Source: a virus. Taken from it: DNA of 64,000 nucleotides. The DNA is taken from positions 128,618 to 192,617 of the IMG/VR virus record IMGVR_UViG_3300048854_000232; one strand, 5' to 3'. Shown here one piece after another: positions 54,042 to 62,794 of this stretch. Within the stretch, counting starts at the first letter, position 1. The number at the start of each line of letters is the position of its first letter. The translations under genes were made by a program, and so were the position numbers. The notes below the pieces were generated by a model. That model was given only the letters and a program-made list of their open reading frames with translations, was not told where the DNA came from and did no database searches.

Positions 54042-54689
54042 ATGGACGACCTGACCGAGTACGAACAAGTCCAGGACATGCGCCGGGAACGCGACAGCGC
54101 GTACACCGAACGCAACCACCTGGTCGCGGTGCTGGCCAAGCTGTATCCGGCGTTGCGCTCCAAGACCGAGATCGATGGCTGGGATCCGGCATGGCAGAAC
54201 ATCGTGTACATCCGTCTGCCCACCGGTCAGGTCAGCTATCACTTCCACGACTCCGACCTGGCGTTGTTTGCTCACGTCAAGGAAGGTCCGGTCATCTGGG
54301 ACGGCCATCAGAAGCAGGATGTCCACAACCGCCTGAACGCGCTCACACCGGCCAAGGACTTCATCCCGGTAGGCGAGGCGGAAGACTTCGTCATCGAACG
54401 GCAGCGGCTCGCCTACGGCTGCTCAGAGCTGACTGCGAACGAGTTACGGAACATCCGTTTCTACACCGAGCTGGTGATGGACGAATTCGTCAAGCCCCGG
54501 GCCTATGAACGGACTCAGGCTCACGTTCCGCTGCTAAAGACGCTACACGGCATCGGTCGGGGATTGCTGAACCCGGAGTTGCACTTCATCGCGCCGTTCG
54601 ATACTGACGTGGAGGACGCCCTCAATGCAGGGGGCGAGCACTTGCCGACGATCGAGATCCGGAACGACATGGCGCTCAAGAACGACTGA
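54042..54689 (+). CDS. WDGH-motif phage protein
   Basis: AYTERNHL..W..IVYIRLPTGQVSYH..WDGH conserved phage motif. Confidence 0.7.
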   Translation: MDDLTEYEQVQDMRRERDSAYTERNHLVAVLAKLYPALRSKTEIDGWDPAWQNIVYIRLPTGQVSYHFHDSDLALFAHVKEGPVIWDGHQKQDVHNRLNALTPAKDFIPVGEAEDFVIERQRLAYGCSELTANELRNIRFYTELVMDEFVKPRAYERTQAHVPLLKTLHGIGRGLLNPELHFIAPFDTDVEDALNAGGEHLPTIEIRNDMALKND

Positions 54690-54695
54690 CACCCG

Positions 54696-54733
54696 CCCTC
54701 CTACCTCGTAAGGGGTGGGAGGGTTCTATGCCG
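54696..54733 (+). terminator. Hairpin-TATGCC element
   Basis: CCCTCCTACCTC-GTAA-GGGGTGGGAGGG-TTCTATGCC. Confidence 0.75.
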
Positions 54734-54820
54734 CTACCCAGTAATTTTCCACCCTAGCCCATCATGCTCTGCGAGGGGTCCTTTGAGAGACCTCCACCAA
54801 ATAGAAACAGGGGAAAAACC

Positions 54821-55168
54821 ATGGCTTTCATCAAACCGACCGGCCTCGCCGTGGCGAGCAAGGAACACTTGCTGCCATTGGGACGCCAGATCGACCAGCG
54901 CCTGTATCAGGTCGGGCTGGGGCAGTACAGCGTCAACCCGGTGCCTGGCGTTGTCCTGGTTCACGGCCCGCAGACGCGCGATGCGCGCGGTCGCTTCACC
55001 TCCTCGCAGAACAGCCTGTACGCGTTGGAGTCGATGGACGATCGAATTCGCAGCATGCGCCCTGCCAACGAGGACGCGCCAACCCAACCGGACATCTTCA
55101 GCGGCCCCAACCCGAAGATGGTGGTGAAGAAGCGCACCAGTAAGACGCGCCGACCCAAGGGGAAGTAA
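54821..55168 (+). CDS. Hypothetical protein with a basic C-terminal tail
   Basis: AGGGG SD. Contains RDARGRF and a KKRTSKTRRPKGK tail. Confidence 0.7.
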   Translation: MAFIKPTGLAVASKEHLLPLGRQIDQRLYQVGLGQYSVNPVPGVVLVHGPQTRDARGRFTSSQNSLYALESMDDRIRSMRPANEDAPTQPDIFSGPNPKMVVKKRTSKTRRPKGK

Positions 55169-55169
55169 C

Positions 55170-55376
55170 ATGACGCGCAAGTTTAAGAAGGTCAAGAAAG
55201 CCATCCGCTTTATCGTACCGTTCCTAGGCTTTCGCAAGTTGCTCCCTTCCGATGTCAAGGGCATGGGTCTGGACCCGCGCTTTGACTGGGCCTCGTTCGA
55301 ATTTGAATGGATGGGCCATGGCGTGATTCTCGGAGTCCGTCCTGTGCAGCCCGCTCGTTCCAAGGGATTCTCATGA
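55170..55376 (+). CDS. Small hypothetical protein
   Basis: 68 aa, tightly packed between its neighbours. Confidence 0.6.
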   Translation: MTRKFKKVKKAIRFIVPFLGFRKLLPSDVKGMGLDPRFDWASFEFEWMGHGVILGVRPVQPARSKGFS

Positions 55377-55942
55377 CCATTCGTCGGTTTGCCGGTATCG
55401 GCAGTCGCAAAGCTCCACCGCACATGCTGGACCTGATGTTCCAGCTGGGCTATCACCTGTGTGGTGCCGGCTGGGAACTCTCCGGTGCCGATGCATTGGG
55501 CTCGGACCAAGCCTTCCAGAACGGCGTGCGCGCGAATCCGCGTGTGGCCGAGGTCGGCTTCAAGCTCTACATGCCTGGCCTGGATCGGGATCGCTTTGCG
55601 CATAACCCCGAACAGGGGATCTACAACGCCAAGCTGATGCCCAACTACGCTCAGGCCCAGCAGCTGGCCTACGAGGCACGTCGCTCGTTCGAAGGGTTGA
55701 ACGAAGCGGGCATTGCCCTGCATTCGCGCAACCCCTACCAGATCCTGGGTCCGAACCTCAACGAGCCCGTGGCCACGATGGTGTTCTACGCCGAACCCAC
55801 GGCCAATGGCCGGGCAGTACACGGCGGCACCAACACGGCCTACCAGATCGCTCTGGCGCATAACGTGCCCACGATCAACCTCTTCACTCCCGATGGTCTG
55901 GAACGCGCAGAGAACTTCCTGCGCCAACTGATGGCGGCCTGA
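55373..55942 (+). CDS. SLOG-superfamily (DprA/Smf-like Rossmann) protein
   Basis: FAGIGSR..SG..GSDQAF..HSRN.YQILG..GGTNTA..IA..VPTINL. Confidence 0.78.
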   Translation: MTIRRFAGIGSRKAPPHMLDLMFQLGYHLCGAGWELSGADALGSDQAFQNGVRANPRVAEVGFKLYMPGLDRDRFAHNPEQGIYNAKLMPNYAQAQQLAYEARRSFEGLNEAGIALHSRNPYQILGPNLNEPVATMVFYAEPTANGRAVHGGTNTAYQIALAHNVPTINLFTPDGLERAENFLRQLMAA

Positions 55943-55953
55943 GGAGGTTATCC

Positions 55954-56310
55954 GTGCTGTATTTCATTCACCGTCGCCGGCGGTCACTCCTCCCTGCTGC
56001 ACGAGCGGCACTGGACGGAATGTGGCTGAACCTCGACATGGCCTGGATCAACCTGGCGTTTATCTCGTACATCATCTACGTGATGCCAGAGCTCGACCAT
56101 CCCACGGCCGTGGGTTTCTTCATGTTCCATGCGCTGGGCATTTGGCTGAACGCACTGTTCGCCGAACGGTACCGACAGCGGGCGATGTATTACCTACGCT
56201 ACCTGCCCAGCCTGCAAGACTTCGAAGCGACCCTGACCCGCATCCGTAAACACGACTGCGATATGCCCGACCGAGTTCGGGAACTCGAAAGCTCGTCATC
56301 AAGGAAATGA
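55954..56310 (+). CDS. Two-TM membrane protein
   Basis: GAGGAGG SD, two hydrophobic segments. Confidence 0.7.
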   Translation: MLYFIHRRRRSLLPAARAALDGMWLNLDMAWINLAFISYIIYVMPELDHPTAVGFFMFHALGIWLNALFAERYRQRAMYYLRYLPSLQDFEATLTRIRKHDCDMPDRVRELESSSSRK

Positions 56311-56314
56311 TCTC

Positions 56315-56941
56315 ATGCCTCTGTTTTCGTATTTGAGCAAGGACGAGGGGTTGACTGTGCCGATCTTGGGCACTGACCTGGATCCGAAGGGTAAGCTGCG
56401 TCAGACCCACGAGGATCTGAACAAGATCCTGGCCATTGCTCGTCAGGTCACCGGCGACGATCTGCGCATCACCCTTCACCCCTACGGCGTACGCACCCGT
56501 TGGTATCGGACCAAGATCGAGATCTGCTACCTGCTGCACATCGTGGGCCGCAACGTTCACGGTGAAGAAGTGGCCGGCAGCTACCAGCAGATCGTGTCCA
56601 CGACCAACCCCGAAGAAATCCGCCTGATCTTGGTCGGGTACGAGCAGGGGTACGTGGCCGGTACCAAGGACACCACCAAGAACATCGTCGATCGGGACAC
56701 GGGCGAACACGTCAAGACGCCTTCGGCCATTCGTCTGGCCCGCAGTGCCCTGCACACGGCGTTCGTCTGGAACGACCACAACTTCACGCGCCATCCGAAA
56801 GAGCTGGCCAAAGAAGTCGCCGTGGGCGAGGGGATCACCACCTTCGAGCAGGCCAACGAGTGGCTGGAGAAACATGCCGAGATTGGCCTGTTCACCGTCA
56901 AGCCCTCTTCGGGCGATCCGCTGTTCCATCACCCTGTCTGA
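56315..56941 (+). CDS. Hypothetical protein
   Basis: 208 aa, AAGGA SD. Confidence 0.72.
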   Translation: MPLFSYLSKDEGLTVPILGTDLDPKGKLRQTHEDLNKILAIARQVTGDDLRITLHPYGVRTRWYRTKIEICYLLHIVGRNVHGEEVAGSYQQIVSTTNPEEIRLILVGYEQGYVAGTKDTTKNIVDRDTGEHVKTPSAIRLARSALHTAFVWNDHNFTRHPKELAKEVAVGEGITTFEQANEWLEKHAEIGLFTVKPSSGDPLFHHPV

Positions 56942-56952
56942 AGGACGTTGCC

Positions 56953-57540
56953 GTGACCTCACTGCGCATGACCGACGAAGAGCGCGTCACCTTCGAGAAG
57001 AGCCAGCACGCGCTGGAACAGCATCCCTGCTTCACGTACACCCGGACGCGCCATCCCACCAATAGACACGCCAAGGCGGAAGACATGCCTCGGCCGGAGG
57101 GTGAAGGTTGGGAGCCGAATGTGGACCTCAGCCGTTACGGCGATGGGGTAGCTTGGGAGGAGGAACCGCCCTTTCCGGACGCGCCTTACGAGCTCACCTA
57201 TTACGTGCGTGGGTGGCGTCGCCATACTCGGGAGGATCTCACTCCCGATGCTCAGACCGCCATGCTCGAGATCTGGGCGATCGGTCAGAAGCAACACCCC
57301 CACTATGCCTTCGCACGATTCAACGCCACGCTGGTCGATAACGCCGTGGATCTCCATGCGCCGATTCGCCTGATGGATTACCTGTACCGCCTGTTCCCCG
57401 AGATGGCCTCTGCCGATGCGGCAGGCCAGCCCTGGTGCATCAACATGTATCACCCGACCACATGCGGCTTTACTCTCACCGGTAAGTCGGCTTCGCTCGA
57501 GGTGTATAAACCTGACCCGTTTTACGGACAAACGACATGA
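56953..57540 (+). CDS. Hypothetical protein
   Basis: AAGGA SD plus GTG at 56953. ATGA overlap with thyA. Confidence 0.65.
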   Translation: MTSLRMTDEERVTFEKSQHALEQHPCFTYTRTRHPTNRHAKAEDMPRPEGEGWEPNVDLSRYGDGVAWEEEPPFPDAPYELTYYVRGWRRHTREDLTPDAQTAMLEIWAIGQKQHPHYAFARFNATLVDNAVDLHAPIRLMDYLYRLFPEMASADAAGQPWCINMYHPTTCGFTLTGKSASLEVYKPDPFYGQTT

Positions 57541-58763
57541 AACAGTACCTTGATCTCCTGAGCCACGTCCTCGAACATGGCACCGAGAAATCCGATCGCA
57601 CCGGCACCGGTACCCGCAGCGTGTTCGGCTGGCAGATGCGCTATGACCTGTCGGCTGGTTTCCCGATGGTCACCACCAAGAAGCTTCACCTGCGTTCGAT
57701 CGTGCACGAGATCATCTGGTTCCTTCGGGGCGACACCAACATCGCCTACCTGAAAGAGAACGGTGTATCGATCTGGGACGAATGGGCCTCCACGGAAGAT
57801 GTCGTCGAATCGGTAAGGCTGGACAACCACGAACGCGCCAAGCTCTTGGCCACCAAGTTGGGCATATCCGCAAGCGATGCCGTGGCACTGCTCAATCGGC
57901 GCGACGCCGACGCACGTCTCAATGACGGCGACACGCTGAACGGCGAAGAGTACCTGACCGATGAGGGCATTCCCACCCACCGTGACAAGGTCATTACCCC
58001 GGCCGGTGATCTGGGTCCGGTCTACGGCAAGCAGTGGCGCTCCTGGGCGGGTCCGCGCGGTGAGGTCATCGACCAGATCAGCTGGGTGATCGATGAGCTG
58101 AAACGCAATCCAGACTCCCGTCGTCTGGTGGTCTCCGCCTGGAACGTGGCCGATCTACCCAAGATGGCCTTGCAGCCGTGCCATTGCCTGTTCCAGTTCT
58201 ATGCCGTCCCGTTGACGGTGGACGAACGCATCGCCGAATACAACCGCCGGGTCGTGACCGAAGAGGCACATTTCAACAACTCGCCGGCCGCCGACTTCGG
58301 GTTCGAGCATCGTACGTACCGCACCGTCAGTCGCGAGAGCATCATCGGCTGGAATCTCCCGGCGCACCAACGTGAGGCGGGTACGTTTACCGATAAACAC
58401 CTGCACGAGTACCTGGATCGCATGGAGGCCCCGGCGCACAAACTCTCCTGCCAGCTTTACCAGCGCAGTGGGGATATCTTCCTCGGCGTGCCGTTCAACA
58501 TCGCCAGCTACGCGCTCCTGACCCACATGGTGGCCCAGGTGACGAACATGGCCGTCGGTGATTTCGTGCACACGCTCGGCGATGCGCACATTTACCAAAA
58601 TCATTACGTCCAAGCAGAAAAACAGCTTTCTCGAGAGGCGAGGCCGCTCCCAACGCTCCACCTCAATCCGGATGTCAAAAACATCTTCGACTTCAAGTTC
58701 GAAGACATCACGGTCGTCGATTACAACCCGCATCCCGCCATCAAGGCACCGGTGGCTGTATGA
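57537..58763 (+). CDS. thyA: Thymidylate synthase with two large in-frame insertions
   Basis: [65 protein letters not shown]. Confidence 0.96.
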   Translation: MKQYLDLLSHVLEHGTEKSDRTGTGTRSVFGWQMRYDLSAGFPMVTTKKLHLRSIVHEIIWFLRGDTNIAYLKENGVSIWDEWASTEDVVESVRLDNHERAKLLATKLGISASDAVALLNRRDADARLNDGDTLNGEEYLTDEGIPTHRDKVITPAGDLGPVYGKQWRSWAGPRGEVIDQISWVIDELKRNPDSRRLVVSAWNVADLPKMALQPCHCLFQFYAVPLTVDERIAEYNRRVVTEEAHFNNSPAADFGFEHRTYRTVSRESIIGWNLPAHQREAGTFTDKHLHEYLDRMEAPAHKLSCQLYQRSGDIFLGVPFNIASYALLTHMVAQVTNMAVGDFVHTLGDAHIYQNHYVQAEKQLSREARPLPTLHLNPDVKNIFDFKFEDITVVDYNPHPAIKAPVAV

Positions 58764-59332
58764 CCGACCAGTTAGAGATGTGGAAGCCGATCTGTGGTTA
58801 CGAAGGCTTCTACGAAGTCTCTAACCTTGGCCGCGTTCGACGTATGGGCGGATTAGTGGTGCGTACCATAAAAGGCACCACTTTCGAACAGCGACAGCCG
58901 GAGAAGATTCTTTCCCCGTCACACACTGCTCGGCAGAGGTACCCTTTGGTTTCCTTGTCTAAAAACGGAACCGTTGAGAAAACTTACGTACACACCTTGG
59001 TTGCTGAGCATTTCATCGGTCCGCGACCAGAAGGAATGCAGATTTGCCACGGACCGAAGGGAAGCTCGGATGCTTCTGTCCTCAACTTGCGATATGACTC
59101 GCCTAAAGGGAATGCGTCCGATCGAGATGTGCAAGGAACCGGATGTAAAGGGGAGCGCAATTCTCGAGCAGTGCTTTCCGAGGATCTGGCACTGCATGTA
59201 AAAGATCGACTATCGAGTCTATCGATCAAAGAAGTAGCTCTCGAAACTGGCATCAATTACAGCACCGTTCGTTCCATTAAGAGCGGTAAGAATTGGAGTC
59301 ATCTACAAAACCAACCGCCGGTCGCGGTATAA
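58760..59332 (+). mobile_element. NUMOD4-HNH homing endonuclease, free-standing
   Basis: WKPICGYEGFYEVSNLGRVRR (NUMOD4), VHTLVAEHFIGPRPEGMQICH..NLRY..N, C-terminal HTH. Low GC. Confidence 0.9.
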
Positions 59333-59341
59333 GGAACCTCC

Positions 59342-59644
59342 ATGTTCTCCAAACTCGAAACATGGTTGCGGATACGCGCCGAACGCCGCAAGCAAGAAAA
59401 GCTGCGTCGGATCATCCGTGACCAGCTGTACGATCGTCACGGCCTGCGGCAGCTGCTGCTGATCCTGCAAAGCGAAGCCAGTCACCGTTGGAACGAGGAG
59501 ACGGATGGCGGGTTGCAGGGGTTCTTGCAGGAAGAGATGGAAGGGGCGCGCCTGCGCTTCCGAGAAGAGCGCGCCCGGGCAGCTTCTATCGCCGAGAACA
59601 ACGCGCTCTGCAGCTACCGTCCGAAGTTGCCTATCTATCCTTAA
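59342..59644 (+). CDS. Hypothetical protein
   Basis: 100 aa, TAAGGA SD. Confidence 0.7.
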   Translation: MFSKLETWLRIRAERRKQEKLRRIIRDQLYDRHGLRQLLLILQSEASHRWNEETDGGLQGFLQEEMEGARLRFREERARAASIAENNALCSYRPKLPIYP

Positions 59645-59692
59645 CCAGAAAGGACAGTGGGTGATCGCGCACCCACTACCATTGGAATTTTC

Positions 59693-61261
59693 ATGACCGA
59701 TCCAATCTTCGCCCGTCCCACGCCTGTGATCAGTGCCAGCGGTTGGTTTATCGAACCCGTCTCGCACAACGACAGCCTTTACGGTAAGGCTGATGCGTCC
59801 GTCCGTGGTCCGTTGAACGATCCCGATTGCCAGCTGGGGGCGGACATCGCGCATTTCTCCCAGGTCTTCCATTACCGGTTGACCCCGGACGATCATGCTG
59901 TCATGGTCGTGGGTATCAACACCCTGACTGACCTGCTCAAGGCGTACAGCGGCGTGACCGAGGGAGACGTACACTTCTCCAAGGACTTCCAAGAAGGTTA
60001 CGCCAACCGTCTGCTGGCGATGGGTCACCAGACCGATCCGGTCACCTCGCAGTTGGTGATCTCACCGGCCGTCAATACCAAGCCGGTTCTGCGGCCGGTC
60101 CAAGTCACCGACGGTCTGGGTAACCAGAGCGTGCAGCATCACACGGTCGATGGCCGGGTGCAGATGGTGACCGAGATGACCGTGGGCGATAAGTACTTCG
60201 GCCTCGGTGATTCGCTGGCCCCGACGACCATCGCCGATGACAGCTTTTCGGTCATGCCCGCGGCGAACACCCCGCTGGACCTGTTGGAAGAAGCCGCCCG
60301 GCGGAACCTGCCACCGCCGCCGGTCAAGCTCCCCGATGGCGCCGACCCGCGCCAGACGATGTCTAAGGCTGACTCACTGCGCATGGACATGGAGCAGAAG
60401 GATTACTTGGTCCTCTTCACCAAGCGCGCTCCTACGGCCCCTTGGGAGTCGTCCTTGATCCTCTTCCAGCCGGAAGTGCCGGCGTGGGACGAGAAGGACC
60501 CCAGTCGTGGGCGGTACATCCGCGTCCCGGTCGAGACCTCGAAAGAACGGACCACCTACGTGTTCCATAAACACGCCGGGCGACCCGAGTTCGTGCCCGT
60601 GCTGACGGGTCAACCGGAGTGGACGCACATGCCCTGGGCCCAGGCGCAGCTGCTCCTGGACTGGAATGCGATCGAACCTATCCTCGGTGCAAACGGCGCG
60701 CCTTACGATCGGATCGTGGCTGAGGAAGAATCCACCTGGGGCGAATCTCGCGCTGCTAACGATGAGACCTCGCACATCGATGGGGTCAACATCCAGGTGG
60801 TCGGTAATATCCCGGAAGATTCGGTCAGCCTCGTGCCGTTGGCCAGTCGGGTGGCGTACCGTGAAGGCGAGCGTCCCTTCTCGATCCAGTCCCAGGATGG
60901 CTCACCGTTCTTCGTGGCCAAGCCCGACCTCGAAGAAGCCGAGTGGTGGGAAGTGTACCTCTCCCACGATGCAGCACTCTCCAAGATCCTACCGCTGCAG
61001 TTGCTGATGTCTGATGATCACACGGTGACCGAGTATTTCATCGTCTACGAAAGTCGTGAAGGCAACACCATGTACGGCACGCGTTACCTGGAAAGCGAGG
61101 CCTCGGCCGCCGAAGAAGCAGCGCCGATCACCACGAACCTGGCCAACCGTCAGTACGTGTTCATCCGGCCGTGGGGTCGTAGGGGACTGCGTCTGCTGCG
61201 CGAAGGCGTAGTGGTCCGTTTCCCGACCAAGCCCAAGCTCACCGTGTTCCCGATCCTGTAA
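59693..61261 (+). CDS. Hypothetical protein (~522 aa)
   Basis: Long ORF with typical codons, no recognised motif. Confidence 0.75.
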   Translation: MTDPIFARPTPVISASGWFIEPVSHNDSLYGKADASVRGPLNDPDCQLGADIAHFSQVFHYRLTPDDHAVMVVGINTLTDLLKAYSGVTEGDVHFSKDFQEGYANRLLAMGHQTDPVTSQLVISPAVNTKPVLRPVQVTDGLGNQSVQHHTVDGRVQMVTEMTVGDKYFGLGDSLAPTTIADDSFSVMPAANTPLDLLEEAARRNLPPPPVKLPDGADPRQTMSKADSLRMDMEQKDYLVLFTKRAPTAPWESSLILFQPEVPAWDEKDPSRGRYIRVPVETSKERTTYVFHKHAGRPEFVPVLTGQPEWTHMPWAQAQLLLDWNAIEPILGANGAPYDRIVAEEESTWGESRAANDETSHIDGVNIQVVGNIPEDSVSLVPLASRVAYREGERPFSIQSQDGSPFFVAKPDLEEAEWWEVYLSHDAALSKILPLQLLMSDDHTVTEYFIVYESREGNTMYGTRYLESEASAAEEAAPITTNLANRQYVFIRPWGRRGLRLLREGVVVRFPTKPKLTVFPIL

Positions 61262-61263
61262 CA

Positions 61264-61298
61264 CCATAGCGCCCCTCCTTCGGGAGGGGACTATGCCC
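61264..61298. terminator. CATA-hairpin-TATGCC element
   Basis: CCATAG..CCCCTCC-TTCG-GGAGGGG-ACTATGCC. Confidence 0.75.
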
Positions 61299-61311
61299 TA
61301 AGGGTTGTATG

Positions 61312-61331
61312 GGATTTGAAACCTATACTAC
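61312..61331 (+). promoter_or_regulatory. Putative phage early promoter
   Basis: GGATTTGAAACCTATACTAC. Confidence 0.6.
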
Positions 61332-61401
61332 CTATTTGCACAAAGACGGATACACCAATCCCAACGTGCACTTCACTTAACTCCTACACCAAGGAATCAG
61401 C

Positions 61402-62160
61402 ATGATCCGTAAAACCAATCTTTCCTCGAAGATCGGCAAGTTCAACGACAAGCAGTTCGAAGAGCCGATCGAGTACAACCCGGACTGGCGTGGCTTCAAC
61501 GGCTACCTCCTTCACGTACCGCGTGAGAAGCTGTTCATGGAACGCTCTCCCGACACCGTCCTGGTGGGCTTGCACCCGATCAAGTACCAGGAAGAAGAAC
61601 CCGGTCAGCGCTTTGCAAAACACCGCATCTACCGTGACCGCGTGGAACAAGAGTGGGGCGATCATGGGTTGGTGGTCATCACGGACAACGCTGCCGAACT
61701 CTACGACATGTCGGCTCGTCGTCGCCCCAAACTCGACCGCCGTTGGGACCGCTTCTTCACGGACACGGGTCTAGACATGTGGGAGATCACTGGCGAGACC
61801 CGCTGGGAGAATGTCGTTATCAACTCGGACCGTATCCCGGCTACGTGGTACGCGTACTTCCAGCAGCTAACGCATGCTGCCTATAAAGCCTTCCATCGCC
61901 ATGATATCCGCACCACAGACCCAGTAGCAAAAAGACTGGGCCGCCTCACCGAGGACAACCCCTGCGCAATGGACCGACCGACCGGTCTGAAATCCCGTGT
62001 GCTCTATCGGCACCTGATGCAATGCTTCGGATCGCAACTTACCCGGGATGTGCTGGAAGCGGCAGAGCTGATGACCGCAGCGATCAAGCCTATCGCCGCG
62101 TATGGTCGCTTCCGCTTGGCCGATGATCCCTCGCTCGATCCGTCAGATATCTCGTTTTAA
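61402..62160 (+). CDS. Hypothetical protein (YNPDW motif)
   Basis: 252 aa, AAGGA SD. Confidence 0.72.
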   Translation: MIRKTNLSSKIGKFNDKQFEEPIEYNPDWRGFNGYLLHVPREKLFMERSPDTVLVGLHPIKYQEEEPGQRFAKHRIYRDRVEQEWGDHGLVVITDNAAELYDMSARRRPKLDRRWDRFFTDTGLDMWEITGETRWENVVINSDRIPATWYAYFQQLTHAAYKAFHRHDIRTTDPVAKRLGRLTEDNPCAMDRPTGLKSRVLYRHLMQCFGSQLTRDVLEAAELMTAAIKPIAAYGRFRLADDPSLDPSDISF

Positions 62161-62275
62161 GCTTTTGTCCTACCCAGTGCGTCCGAGACTAGGGGAAACT
62201 CTAGGGGGTAATCCCAGGACTCTTTCCACGACTAAGGCTCGGGCCTTCTTCGTACCTCATTGAACTGGAAAACTC

Positions 62276-62668
62276 ATGAAGCACGAAGTCTATACCGTCC
62301 CACGGGAAGCTGAACAGCCCTACCGGGATTTTGTTACCCTCACCAATTCGCCGAAGGTTCGTCGGATCCCTTACAACCCCGACTGGCATTTGGCAGACGA
62401 AGGGTATCAGATACTGTTTGTCAATGGAGAGTTTCCGCAGGTTCTCTCCAAGACGACCACTCCCAATGGCCGCCGCGTTTTGTTCATTCCTCTCGATGGT
62501 GCGGGGAAGTTTACGGTCGTGTGCGAGTTGGACAAGGCGGTTCCCGGACTGTTCTCGGAGTTAGGCTATATCGAATCCATCGGCGATGGTCAGATAAATG
62601 GCGGTGGGGTGACCTTCGACCGCAAGATCACCCAGAAGCTGTCTGAGCTGGTGGCAACGATACGTTAA
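62276..62668 (+). CDS. Hypothetical protein (YNPDW motif)
   Basis: 130 aa. IPYNPDW..TTPNGRRVLFI. Confidence 0.7.
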   Translation: MKHEVYTVPREAEQPYRDFVTLTNSPKVRRIPYNPDWHLADEGYQILFVNGEFPQVLSKTTTPNGRRVLFIPLDGAGKFTVVCELDKAVPGLFSELGYIESIGDGQINGGGVTFDRKITQKLSELVATIR

Positions 62669-62670
62669 AT

Positions 62671-62705
62671 GCATAGTGCCCCTCCCCGTTTGGGGAGGGG
62701 TTATG
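62671..62705. terminator. GCATA-hairpin-TATG element
   Basis: GCATAG..CCCCTCCCC-GTTT-GGGGAGGGG-TTATG. Confidence 0.72.
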
Positions 62706-62732
62706 TGGGCCTCATTTTCTTTGAATGAACCT

Positions 62733-62751
62733 ACTTTCAAACCTATAGTAC
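62733..62751 (+). promoter_or_regulatory. Putative phage early promoter
   Basis: ACTTTCAAACCTATAGTAC. Confidence 0.62.
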
Positions 62752-62794
62752 TCGGGTGAACCCTAACCCTACTCCATTCAAGAAGGACTTTATC

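Noticed and set aside
57789-58439. thyA insertions as inteins
   Set aside because: Too short, with no His-Asn C-terminus followed by Cys/Ser/Thr and no recognisable intein blocks.
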